A stretch of 64,000 bases of DNA from Mytilus californianus (lineage: Eukaryota): the NCBI RefSeq assembly GCF_021869535.1, contig NW_026262712.1, forward strand, positions 107,756,001 to 107,820,000, in the 5' to 3' direction. The number at the start of each line of letters is the position of its first letter. The stretch's first letter is position 1. Under the pieces are notes generated by a model. The model was given only the letters and a program-made list of their open reading frames with translations. It made no database searches and was not told the DNA's origin. Both the position numbers and the translations under genes were made by a program. Shown in pieces: positions 38,293-52,024 of this stretch.

Positions 38293-39005
38293 ATTAATTC
38301 CATAAATATATCCTCCATAACTAGAAATTGAAGAAACAACAGACACGGCTTCCTCCTCCTCATTTGCAGACTTATACCTCGAATTTGACATAAGCGGTCA
38401 TCTAAGTACCAGAATCTATGACAAATGAGATTTTTTTTTATTTTGAAATTATAAATTTCCCCCTCCTTAGCAGCAATATACCAACTTCACCTGCATATGG
38501 GATATGCATTTCCCAACTCATTCGGTATTCAAGAGCTTGCAGCTGCTACTCAGACTTGATAAAACGTGACCAGTGTCTGAGCAGAAATTTGATGAACCAG
38601 GGTTATGTCAAAGAACGTCTCGTCCTTTTTCTAAAAATGTTCATCGGAAGATACAAAGACCTTCTTGATAAATATTCCGTATCAACTTCACAATTAAAAC
38701 ATGATGGTCTTGAAGTATAGATTCTAGGTTCTGACGTTGTTTATCATCTTAATTACTTGTTATAGTGTTTTTATTTGTCTTTGTATATTTTTAACCTTTA
38801 CTGTTTATTCCAATTTTGGTAATATACTTTTGATGTGGATCGGTATTTATACATCCCGCCATATTATTATTGTGCTATGGTCAATTTTTGTATACTTGTC
38901 TTTCATTTTTGCTTATGTAATTTTTCTATAGAGTGTCTATATGCCATTTTGTTTTTCTTTGTTGAAATAGTTATTTGGCACTCATACCACATCTTCATAT
39001 ATCTA
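38293..39005 (+). mobile_element. 5'-truncated Penelope-like (Naiad-type) element: degenerate RT C-terminus plus 3' UTR
   Basis: Reads IYPP*LEIEETTDTASSSSFADLYLEFDISGHLSTRIYDK*, then (after a frameshift) FEIINFPLLSSNIPTSPAYGICISQLIRYSRACS...; the ORF ends at 38720 with no C-terminal endonuclease. Confidence 0.85.
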
Positions 39006-42000
39006 TTTGTTTTTATAGTGATTAAGATTATAACACAATGTTGACTGCTGTACCCCAATTTTTGACAATTTTACCTTTTATGTCGGTTTGTTTTGCTCAC
39101 ACATTATTGTCAATATAATGGAATTCTATGCGTCAGACAAGTGAGAGGTTTGGCTAGTATAGGGCCAGGTTCATATTACCGTTTTCTACGTAGGGAAATG
39201 CCTGTGCCAAGTCGGGAATATGACGGTTGTTTTCCATTCATTTGATGTGTTTGGGCTTTTGATTTTGCCATTTGATCGAGGACTTTCCGTTTTGAATTTT
39301 CCTTGGAGTTCGGTATTTTTGCTATTTTACTGTTTTTCTTTTACATAAAGAAAAACCCGATTTTCAGGTTCTTACTCTACCTTGAAGATAATATGGCTAA
39401 ACTTTATAAAAGCCTAACAAAGTATGATTCATCCATTCAACAAAATACGACTTGATACCAAAACCTGTATTTGTTTAGATTTATCTAAATATACCAAATT
39501 GGCAATGAAATCGCCACTGAAGTTTGTCTTTTTTTAATTATCTAAAGTTAAAAGTGGTCGTAGTTATTTTGTTAGACTTTGATATTATAATTTCTTATGG
39601 TTATCTTCACACAAAAATGTATTACAAAAGAGGTGGACTTTCCCTTTCCTTCTCTTAGTTTTCCTTTGCTCTTGTTAGATTACCTTACCTACTGTTAGTT
39701 TTGCTTTCCTACTGTTACTTTCCATTCTACTGTTAGTTACTACTGTTAGTTTTTCTCTCCTACTGTATTTTCTATTATTAGTTGTCCTTTCTTATTGTTA
39801 GTTTATTTTCTTCTGTTAGTTTTCCTTTCCTACTATTAGTTAACCTTTCCTACTGTTAGTTTTCCTCTCCTACTGTTAGTTTTTAATTCTTTCATGATGG
39901 TGTGCATTCGACTTCTTTTTATGCAGAGTACATTTACCAGTTGGTTTTACATGCGTGTGCTTGTATTGACGATTTGAATATACGAAATATTATCATGACT
40001 TAAAAAAAATTGTTCAACAATGGTAAAGATCAGACATATTTGATTGGTAAATAATTTAGCTTCATTTAATCACACAAATAAAGGGATTTATTTTTTTTCT
40101 TACAAGAAGAAATTCACTCAAAAGTGGTATTTCATATCCAACTTTTATGGCTATATCGTTAACAAAGCAAATACGGTTAGAATCTGTCCTTCGACATATT
40201 TCCGTTTTCAATAATATAATTACTGATAAAGGTAATAATTTTACCATTGATGTTTAATCTTGTAGGTATGTAACTAGACAAGACTGCTTCTTAAATCAGC
40301 AGATTAAGTATTTGCTTCTGGTAACTACGAGCATTCTTTTATTATGGTATTATTTCATAATGTTATACCTAACTTTCTAAAGAGGTGGTATATAGTGATA
40401 GAGGAGTCCGTTAGTCGAAGTCGAAGTCGACAACGTTGTTGTCAATGACGCCGATCTAATATTAGTTTTATTTTCACAATCTAAGGATTGGCTATTTTTA
40501 TCCATCATAATTTATTACAATAAAGATATGAAAAACGATAAAAGTTTCCGTAACAAAGGATTGTTCTTTTAAGTACTGTTTCCTTTAGGTTAAAAACTTC
40601 GGAAAAAAGCTGATATGAATGAATGACAAAAGGAAGGAAACCACTGTTGCATTTAAATTGTTTTCTGTTTTCCTTTGGCATTTATCTTCACTTACAAAGG
40701 GTTAGTAATGTTACAATGCGGTGTTCTCTGTAAGGATGCTGAAAAGGCACCGCATAACCCTTGGCTAGGAAAGATATTTTAAAGCAATCTCGGAGTTCAT
40801 TGTTATTAATAGTAAATAGAGCATATAAAATGTGTATGATAACACCATAATGACATTACATATAATTGAATAGTCTATATGCTACATCCGAATATGAGGT
40901 CAAATTCCTTGCAAAATACACTTCTATACATATTATTGAAAGCTTATGTTTCTGGAAAAGACGTTGCTAAGTTGAAACACTGCATGGTTTCTAATCCATT
41001 TGTCTTTTTGAACAATAATATATGTAAAAACTGTCATGTACCATAATATAAATGAAATATACATCATCAATGGTAAGAATGGAGCTTTAACAAATTAGGA
41101 AGGTCAGTAAGTGATATGATTAACTGGAGGTTAATGTATAATGTCACATGCACTTACATTCTCTCTCTGTTAAGGGGAAAATTGTAAAATGGGATGGAGA
41201 GGGACGGGGTGCTTCATACTTCAGTCTATTTTCAATGGGTATATAATTTCTTCAAACCACTGATGTTTGTATGGAATTTTGTATGTTCTAACCTTTACAC
41301 ATTACAAAAAAAAATTCCAGGAACCGATTGAAGTCATCGTTTTTTTTTTACAGGGAAATACCTATTTTTTTAGTCTACGATATTGACAATACTTCTTTTC
41401 TTTATACTGTTGTGAATCTCAATGACTCAATTCTATGTTCATGTTCAAACCAATGTAATCTACCTTAATAAGTTAATTTCGAGGAAATGAAAAGTTTCAT
41501 TTACAAAATAGACACTTAAAACAACTGATTTATATTATTCATGGAAAGCGGTATGATTTTCAAATGCAATATTTCAAATTGTTTTCTCATCAAAATATGT
41601 TGAAATATTCGGAAATAACCAATTGGTATTAACTACATGTATGACACAAATAACCTTGTATTTTCAAACGATTTCCATGTGAAAAAAAGTATAACAGAAA
41701 TACTGAACTCGAATGCGAATTCAAAAAGGGGAAATCCATGAAAACTGACAAAATCAAATGGTACCAATCACCGGAACAAGATAAAACAACTGCCATATTC
41801 CAGTTTTCAAAATTATATGCCATATTTTAATTCCTTGTTTAAATTAGTTCACCCGGTTGGAAGTTGGACTGTGCAGTTTTTATTATTTATATGACATGTA
41901 TTTATGGTCAAAAAAGACAACGGAGATGTTTGCTCACATAAAACTGGTTTTACTTGCCAAGTTTTGTGCCAAGTCATGATCTGGATTATGTGTTGTTAGT

Positions 42001-42496
42001 TGTTGTTTGTCTTTGTTTGTGTGTCTATCCCATTGGAGAAGTAAGAGGTTTGTGGTTTTGGGTAATCTGTTGTACAGTATAGATCAGTATAGTATTGTTG
42101 GTGATTCCAATTATCCTTTTCATGTACTTTGTATTCATTATTACTCATGTGATTCCAATTTAAGTGGATTTCATATGTTCAACGAAGTACACATTTCTAT
42201 AGCTTGAATGCATACTTTGGCAAATCCAAGAAATCAAATATCTACGAAAATAATCAAAGCATCGTCGGTGCTGCGATTCAACCATTTTTTAGCTATTGCA
42301 GGTAGACAGACATTTTTTCTGATCTCATTTTTAATTAAAAAAAATGTATACGTGCTCCTGTAAGACATTTAGAGACAACCATCACAACTTTGGTTAAGTG
42401 ATTTTGGCCCAAAATGTTAATTTGTGTTCAAACCGAAAAGAAACCAATGGACAATCTAATATCATGTGTTAAAAAAAAAACAGACAACACAAGGAT

Positions 42497-43025
42497 CATC
42501 TTCGCTAGCCAAGGGTTACGATCCACTTCCCTCCTCTCCACCCTTAGCAGATTAAGCCAACATTTGTGATAACAATGTTGCGCCATCTATGGGTAGATTA
42601 AAGTCACGCCCATTCCTAATACATTATTCTTGACCAATGGTAGCACTCGAACTCTTCAATTTGGAGGTAAAACACGGTAGCGTCTAGATTCTACACACTT
42701 GGTAAAGCAGGAAACGAAAATATACGTTGACATTAATGCATTTGTGCAAGAAACATACACAGGAACTTCTATTAGTTGATTAAAAACATTCAAATTGTCA
42801 CCAAATATAGTCGTATGTTAAGGGATGTAAAGACTTGTTGCACAATAAGCACGTGGCAATTGTTTACATACACTTTCTACATTTACACGTGATTATGTTA
42901 TAGGCGCTTTTTGAGTTTCGACTGCAACCAATGAAAATCATTACCTTGTGTCTCCGAAATTCTATCTCAATCCGCCAAAGGTGGAGAGGAGGGAAGTGGA
43001 TCGTAACCATTGGCTAGCGAAGATG
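42497..43025. mobile_element. 529-bp MITE with ~55-bp TIRs and a 9-bp TSD (Mutator- or AcademH-type)
   Basis: TIR catcttcgctagccaagggttacgatccacttccctcctctccaccct...; TSD cacaaggat at 42488-42496 and 43026-43034. Confidence 0.85.
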
Positions 43026-44549
43026 CACAAGGATTGAATATAGCACTTTATCATTTTCATTACTATTTCACTAAAACATTACCAGTGTTATTTTTCTTTT
43101 TTAAACATAGGTATGCAATTTTTCTACCTGATCTGATGATCATTTATTGATTTTTTATAAACATTTTGACACTGAAGATGAATAGTTTTATTTCATTTCC
43201 ATAATCTTACTAAAAAAATTGTGTTCAATTGTCCAAAGATGGAGAATTTCTCAATTTTCATACAAATTCTTTTGATATTTCAATTTTTAGAAGATGCTCT
43301 GATTTCCAATATCTTCTTTTTATTCAATTAAATAATGTTTGCAACCATGTTTGCATGATTGCAAATAGAAATCTTCAAAGGAAGGTGTAGTATATTTTTT
43401 TATTGAAGTTTGACTTAATAATTTCAGATAAGAGGCATTGAAAATGCACTTTAACAACAACAAAAATTATATAAAAACATTTTTTTATTTTAATTGGTGT
43501 TCATTCTTCATTGAGAAAAATAATTTCCTGTATTCAAATATACATGTACAAATACATTATACTGTTAAATAGCAATATTAACAAATAAATTTTATATAGA
43601 TATAAGAAGATGTGGTATGAGTGCCAATGAGACAACTCTCCATCCAAGTCAAAATTTATAAAAATAAACCATTATAGGTCACAGTACGGTCTTCAACACG
43701 GATATGTATACACTGTATTTAAAAGAATGTTGATGTTATTACTGATAATAATTGATTACTTTTTACTGAGCTTTTTCCCAGGAGATTCAGTAACTAATAA
43801 CAGGGATACTTGGGCTAACGCTGTGATCCGAGTAAATTGTTAAAACAGCAGATATGTAATAAAAGATATTTACTTTAAAAAAAAAAAAAAAAACAAAAAC
43901 AAAAATCTTATTGCAGAAAATCTCCAGATTAGAGTTATGCAATTTTTTTTATTGTTTCAATCTAAATAGTGATAATTGAAACTTAAATTTGAATTCTATG
44001 CGTCAGACAAGTGAGAGGTTTGGCTAGCTATAGGGCCAGGTTCATATTACCGTTTTCTACGTAGGGAAATGCCTGTGCCAAGTCGGGAATATGACGGTTG
44101 TTTTCCATTCATTTGATGTGTTTGGGCTTTTGATTTTGCCATTTGATCGAGGACTTTCCGTTTTGAATTTTCCTTGGAGTTCGGTATTTTTGCTATTTTA
44201 CTGTTTTTCTTTTACATAAAAAAAACCCGATTTTCAGGTTCTTACTCTACCTTGAAGATAATATGGCTAAACTTTATAAAAGCCTAACAAAGTATGATTC
44301 ATCCATTCAACAAAATACGACTTGATACCAAAACCTGTATTTGTTTAGATTTATCTAAATATACCAAATTGGCAATGAAATCGCCACTGAAGTTTGTCTT
44401 TTTTTAATTATCTAAAGTTAAAAGTGGTCGTAGTTATTTTGTTAGACTTTGATATTATAATTTCTTATGGTTATCTTCACACAAAAATGTATTACAAAAG
44501 AGGTGGACTTTCCCTTTCCTTCTCTTAGTTTTCCTTTGCTCTTGTTAGA

Positions 44550-44805
44550 TTACCTTACCTACTGTTAGTTTTGCTTTCCTACTGTTACTTTCCATTCTAC
44601 TGTTAGTTACTACTGTTAGTTTTCCTCTCCTACTGTTAGTTTTATTTTCTTTTATTAGTTGTCCTTTCTTATTGTTAGTTTATTTTCTTCTGTTAGTTTT
44701 CCTTTCCTACTGTTTGTTTACCTTTCCTACTTTTAGTTTTACTTTCCTACTATTAGTTTACCTTTCCTACTGTTAGTTTTCCTCTCCTACTGTTAGTTTT
44801 TAATT
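44550..44805. repeat. Degenerate ~20-bp repeat (cctactgttagttttcctct); shorter version at ~39690-39885
   Basis: Repeated ctactgttagttt cores; the tract length differs between triplication units 1 and 2. Confidence 0.75.
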
Positions 44806-47583
44806 CTTTCATGATGGTGTGCATTCGACTTCTTTTTATGCAGAGTACATTTACCAGTTGGTTTTACATGCGTGTGCTTGTATTGACGATTTGAATATAC
44901 GAAATATTATCATGACTTAAAAAAAATTGTTCAACAATGGTAAAGATCAGACATATTTGATTGGTAAATAATTTAGCTTCATTTAATCACACAAATAAAG
45001 GGATTTATTTATTTTCTTACAAGAAGAAATTAACTCAAAAGTGGTATTTCATATCCAACTTTTATGGCTATATCGTTAACAAAGCAAATACGGTTAGAAT
45101 CTGTCCTTCGACATATTTCCGTTTTCAATAATATAATTACTGATAAAGGTAATAATTTTACCATTGATGTTTAATCTTGTAGGTATGTAACTAGACAAGA
45201 CTGCTTCTTAAATCAGCAGATTAAGTATTTGCTTCTGGTAACTACGAGCATTCTTTTATTATGGTATTATTTTAAATGTTATACCTAACTTTCTAAAGAG
45301 GTGGTATATAGTGATAGAGGAGTCCGTTAGTCCGTTTGTCCATCTGTCCCACTTTGTTATCCGCAATTACTCCTGAACTGCTTGGCATACTAATTTGAAA
45401 CTTTCATAGATTCCCAAGCAACGCTTAATAGTCCCGTTACTTCAATTCTAATGCAAAACTTGTACAATTTTCAAAATTAAATATTAAAATTATTCGAAGT
45501 CGAAGTCGAAGTCGACAACGTTGTTGTCAATGACGCCGATCTAATATTAGTTTTATTTTCACAATCTAAGGATTGGCTATTTTTATCCATCATAATTATT
45601 ACAATAAAGATATGAAAAACGATAAAAGTTTCCGTAACAAAGGATTGTTCTTTTAAATACTGTTTCCTTTAGGTTAAAAACTTCGGAAAAAAGCTGATAT
45701 GAATGAATGACAAAAGGAAGGAAACCACTGTTGCATTTAAATTATTTTCTGTTTTCCTTTGGCATTTATCTTCACTTACAAAGGGTTAGTAATGTTACAA
45801 TGCGGTGTTCTCTGTAAGGATGCTGAAAAGGCACCGCATAACCCTTGGCTAGGAAAGATATTTTAAAGCAATCTCGGAGTTCATTGTTATTAATAGTAAA
45901 TAGAGCATATAAAATGTGTATGATAACACCATAATGACATTACATATAATTGAATAGTCTATATGCTACATCCGAATATGAGGTCAAATTCCTTGCAAAA
46001 TACACTTCTATACATATTATTGAAAGCTTATGTTTCTGGAAAAGACGTTGCTAAGTTGAAACACTGGTTTCTAATCCATTTGTCTTTTTGAACAATAAAA
46101 TATGTAAAAACTGTCATGTACCATAATATAAATGAAATATACATCATCAATGGTAAGAATGTAGCTTTAACAAATTAGGAAGGTCAGTAAGTGATATGAT
46201 TAACTGGAGGTTGATGTAAAATATCACATGCACTTACATTCTCTCTCTGTTAAGGGGAAAATTGTAAAATGGGATGGAGAGGGACGGGGTGCTTCATACT
46301 TCAGTCTATTTTCAATGGGTATATGATTTCTTCAAACCACTGATGTTTGTAGGGAATTTGATATGTTCTAACCTTTACACATTACAAAAAAAAAATTCCA
46401 GGAACCAATTGAAGTCATCGTTTTTTTTTTTTTTACAGAGAAATACCTATTTCTTATTCTACGATATTGACAATACTTCTTTTCTTTATACTGTTGTGAA
46501 TCTCAATGACTCAACTCCATGTTCATGTTGAAACCAATGTAATCTACCTTAATAAGTTAATTTCGAGGAAATGAAAAGTTTCATTTACAAAATAGACACT
46601 TAAAACAACAGATTTATATTATTCATGGAAAGCGGTATGATTTTCAAATGCAATATTTCAAATTGTTTTCTCATCAAAATATGTTGAAATATTCGGAAAT
46701 AACCAATTGGTATTAACTTCATGTATGACACAAATAACCTTGTATTTTCAAACGATTTCCATGTGAAAAAAAGTATAACAGAAATACTGAACTCGAATGC
46801 GAATTCAAAAAGGGGAAATCCATGAAAACTGACAAAATCGAATGGTACCAATCACCGGAACAAGATAAAAACAACTGCCATATTCCAGTTTTCAAAATTA
46901 TATGCCATATTTTAATTCCTTGTTTAAATTAGTTCACCCGGTTGGAAGTTGGACTGTGCAGTTTTTATTATTTATATGACATGTATTTATGGTAAAAAAA
47001 GACAACGGGGATGTTTGCTCACATAAAACTGGTTTTACTTGCCAAGTTTTTGTGCCAAGTCAGGATCTGGAATATGTGTTGTTAGTTGTTGTTTGTCTTT
47101 GTTTGTGTGTCTATCCCATTGGAGAAGTAAGAGGTTTGTGGTTTTGGGTAATCTGTTGTACAGCATAGATCAGTATAGTATTGTTGGTGATTCCAATTAT
47201 CCTTTTCATGTACTTTGTATTCATTATTACTCATGTGATTCCAATTTAAGTGGATTTCATATGTTCCACGAAGTACAAATTTCTATAGCTTGAATGCATA
47301 CTTTGGCAAATCCAAGAAATCAAATATCTACGAAAATAATCAAAGCATCGTCGGTGCTGCGATTCAACCATTTTTTAGCTATTGCAGGTAGACAGACATT
47401 TTTTCTGATCTCGTTTTTAATTAAAAAAAAATGTATACGTGCTCCTGTAAGACATTTAGAGACAACCATCACAACTTTGGTTAAGTGATTTTGGCCCAAA
47501 ATGTTAATTTGTGTTCAAACCGAAAAGAAACCAATGGACAATCTAATATCATGTGTTTAAAAAAAAACAGACAACACAAGGAT

Positions 47584-48112
47584 CATCTTCGCTAGCCAAA
47601 GGTTACGATCCACTTCCCTCCTCTCCACCCTTGGCAGATTAAGCCAACATTTGTGATAACAATGTTGCGCCATCTATGGGTAGATTAAAGTCACGCCCAT
47701 TCCTAATACATTATTCTTGACCAATGGTAGCACTCGAACTCTTCAATTTGGAGGTAAAACACGGTAGCGTCTAGATTCTACACACTTGGTAAAGCAGGAA
47801 ACGAAAATATACGTTGACATTAATGCATTTGTGCAAGAAACATACACATGAACTTCTATTAGTTGATTAAAAACATTCAAATTGTCACTAAATATAGTCG
47901 TATGTTAAGGGATGTAAAGACTTGTTGCACAATAAGCACGTGGCAATTGTTTACATACACTTTCTACATTTACACGTGATTATGTTATAGGCTCTTTTTG
48001 AGTTTCGACTGCAACCAATGAAAATCATTACCTTGTGTCTCCGAAATTCTATCTCAATCCGCCAAGGGTGGAGAGGAGGGAAGTGGATCGTAACCATTGG
48101 CTAGCGAAGATG
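47584..48112. mobile_element. Same 529-bp MITE, copy in triplication unit 2
   Basis: Same TIRs; TSD cacaaggat / aacaaggat. Confidence 0.85.
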
Positions 48113-51100
48113 AACAAGGATTGAATATAGCACTTTATCATTTTCATTACTATTTCACTAAAACATTACCAGCGTTATTTTTCTTTTTTAAACATAGGTA
48201 TGCAATTTTTCTACCTGATCTGATGATCATTTATTGATTTTTTATAAAAATTTTGACACTGAAGATGAATAGTTTTATTTCATTTCCATAATCTTACTAA
48301 AAAAATTGTGTTCAATTGTCCAAAGATGGAGAATTTCTCAATTTTCATACAAATTCTTTTGATATTTCAATTTTTAGAAGATGTTCTGATTTCCAATATC
48401 TTCTTTTTATTCAATTAAATAATGTTTGCAATCATGTTTGCATGATTGCAAATAGAAATCTTCAAAGGAAGGTGTAGTATATTTTTTTATTGAAGTTTGA
48501 CTTAATAATTTCAGAAAAGAGGCATTGAAAATGCACTTTAACAACAACAAAAATTATATAACAACAATTTTTTATTTTAATTGGTGTTCATTCTTCATTG
48601 AGAAAAATAATTTCCTGTATTCAAATATACATGTACAAATACATTACACTGTTAAATAGCAATATTAACAAATAAATTTTATATAGATATAAGAAGATGT
48701 GGTATGAGTGCCAATGAGACAACTCTCCATCCAAGTCAAAATTTATAAAAATAAACCATTATAGGTCACAGTACGGTCTTCAACACGGATATGTATACAC
48801 TGTATTTAAAAGAATGTTGATGTTATTACTGATAATAATTGATTACTTTTTACTGAGCTTTTTCCCAGGAGATTCAGTAACTAATAACAGGGATACTTGT
48901 GCTAACGCTGTGATCCGAGTAAATTGTTAAAACAGCAGATATGTAATAAAAGATATTTACTTTCAAAAAAAAAAACCAAATAAAAAAAAAAATCTTATTG
49001 CAGAAATCTTCAGATTAGAGTTATGCAAATTTTTTTATTGTTTCAATCTAAATAGTGATAATTGAAACTTAAATTTGAATTCTATGCGTCAGACTAGTGA
49101 GAGGTTTGGCTAACTATAGGGCCAGGTTCATATTACCGTTTTCTACGTAGGGAAATGCCTGTGCCAAGTCGGGAATATGACGGTTGTTTTCCATTCATTT
49201 GATGTGTTTGGGCTTTTGATTTTGCCATTTGATAGAGGAGTCCGTTAGTCCGTTTGTCCATCTGTCCCACTTTGTTATCCGCAATTACTCCTGAACTGCT
49301 TGGCATACTAATTTGAAACTTTCATAGATTCCTAAGCAACGCTTAATAGTCCCGTTACTTCAATTCTAATGCAAAACTTGTACAATTTTCAAAATTAAAT
49401 ATTTAAATTATTCGAAGTCGAAGTCGAAGTCGACAACGTTGTTGTCAATGACGCCGATCTAATATTAGTTTTATTTTCACAATCTAAGGATTGGCTATTT
49501 TTATCCATCATAATTTATTGCAATAAAGATATGAAAAACGATAAAAGTTTCCGTAACAAAGGATTGTTCTTTTAAGTACTGTTTCCTTTAGGTTAAAAAC
49601 TTCGGAAAAAAGCTGATATGAATGAATGACAAAAGGAAGGAAACCACTGTTGCATTTAAATTGTTTTCTGTTTTCCTTTGGCATTTATCTTCACTTACAA
49701 AGGGTTAGTAATGTTACAATGCGGTGTTCTCTGTAAGGATGCTGAAAAGGCACCGCATAACCCTTGGCTAGGAAACATACTTTAAAGCAATCTCGGAGTT
49801 CATTGTTATTAATAGTAAATAGAGCATATAAAATGTGTATGATAACACCATAATGACATTACATATAATTGAATAGTCTATATGCTACATCCGAATATGA
49901 GGTCAAATTCCTTGCAAAATACACTTCTATACATATTATTGAAAGCTTATGTTTCTGGAAAAGACGTTGCTAAGTTAAAACACTGGTTTCTAATCCATTT
50001 GTCTTTTTGAACAATTAAATATGTAAAAACTGTCATGTACCATAATATAAATGAAATATACATCATCAATGGTAAGAATGTAGCTTTAACAAATTAGGAA
50101 GGTCAGTTAGTGATATGATTAACTGGAGGTTAATGTAAAATGTCACATGCACTTACATTCTCTCTCTGTTAAGGGGAAAATTGTAAAATGGGATGGAGAG
50201 GGACGGGGTGCTTCATACTTCAGTCGATTTTCAATGGGTATATAATTTCTTCAAACCACTGATGTTTGTATGGAATTTTGTATGTTCTAACCTTTACACA
50301 TTACAAAAAAAAATTCCAGGAACCGATTGAAGTCATCGTTTTTACAGGGAAATACCTATTTCTTATTCTACGATATTGACAATACTTCTTTTCTTTATAC
50401 TGTTGTGAATCTCAATGACTCAACTCCATGTTCATGTTGAAACCAATGTGATCTACCTTAATAAGTTAATTTCGAGGAAATGAAAAGTTTCATTTACAAA
50501 ATAGACACTTAAAACAACAGATTTATATTATTCATGGAAAGCGGTATGATTTTCAAATGCAATATTTCAAATTGTTTTCTCATCAAAATATGTTGAAATA
50601 TTCGGAAATAACCAATTGGTATTAACTACATGTATGACACAAATAACCTTGTATTTTCAAACGATTTCCATGTGAAAAAAAGTATAACAGAAATACTGAA
50701 CTCGAATGCGAATTCAAAAAGGGGAAATCCATGAAAACTGACAAAATCAAATGGTACCAATCACCGGAACAAGAGAAAAACAACTGCCATATTCCAGTTT
50801 TCAAAATTATATGCCATATTTTAATTCCTTGTTTAAATTAGTTCACCCGGTTGGAAGTTGGACTGTGCAGTTTTTATTATTTATATGACATGTATTTATG
50901 GTCAAAAAAGACAACAGGGATGTTTGCTCTCATAAAACTGGTTTTACTTGCCAAGTTTTTGTGCCAAGTCAGGATCTGGATTATGTGTTGTTAGTTGTTG
51001 TTTGTCTTTGTTTGTGTGTCTATCCCATTGGAAAAGTAAGAGGTTTGTGGTTTTGGGTAATCTGTTGTACAGTATAGATCAGTATAGTATTGTTGGTGAT

Positions 51101-51495
51101 TCCAATTATCCTTTTCATGTACTTTGTATTTATTAATACTCATGTGATTCCAATTCAAGTGGATTTCATATGTTCCACGAAGTACAAATTTCTATAGCTT
51201 GAATGCATACTTTGGCAAATCCAAGAAATCAAATATCTACGAAAATAATCAAAGCATCGTCGGTGCTGCGATTCAACCATTTTTTAGCTATTGCAGGTAG
51301 ACAGACATTTTTTCTGATCTCATTTTTAATAAAAAAAAAATGTATACGTGCTCCTGTAAGACATTTAGAGACAACCATCACAACTTTGGTAAAGTGATTT
51401 TGGCAAAAAATGTTAATTTGTGTTCAAACCGAAAAGAAACCAATGGACAATCTAATATCATGTGTTTAAAAAAAAAAAAAAGACAACACAAGGAT

Positions 51496-52024
51496 CATAT
51501 TCGCTAGCCAAGGGTTACGATCCACTTCCCTCCTCTCCACCCTTGGCAGATTAAGCCAACATTTGTGATAACAATGTTGCGCCATCTATGGGTAGATTAA
51601 AGTCACGCCCATTCCTAATACATTATTCTTGACCAATGGTAGCACTCGAACTCTTCAATTTGGAGGTAAAACACGGTAGCGTCTAGATTCTACACACTTA
51701 GTAAAGCAGGAAACGAAAATATACGTTGACATTAATGCATTTGTGCAAGAAACATACACAGGAACTTCTAATAGTTGATTAAAAACATTCAAATTGTCAC
51801 TAAATATAGTCGTATGTTAAAAGATGTAAAGACTTGTTGCACAATAAGCACGTGGCAATTGTTTACATACACTTTCTACATTTACACGTGATTATGTTAT
51901 AGGCGCTTTTTGAGTTTCGACTGCAACCAATGAAAATCATTACCTTGTGTCTCCGAAATTCTATCTCAATCCGCCAAGGGTGGAGAGGAGGGAAGTGGAT
52001 CGTAACCATTGGCTAGCGAAGATG
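51496..52024. mobile_element. Same 529-bp MITE, copy in triplication unit 3
   Basis: Same TIRs; TSD cacaaggat at 51487-51495 and 52025-52033. Confidence 0.85.

Noticed and set aside
38424-38428. In-frame TGA in the Penelope-like RT as selenocysteine
   Set aside because: It sits at the Arg of the YDKRDDF motif (CGA to TGA by CpG decay), and the fragment also has a TAA and a frameshift.
47039-47488. Repeated ORFs in the triplication (MPSFCAKSG..., MHTLANPRN...)
   Set aside because: They recur only because the DNA is recently triplicated. Starts are non-ATG or variable, and the ORFs are broken in at least one unit.
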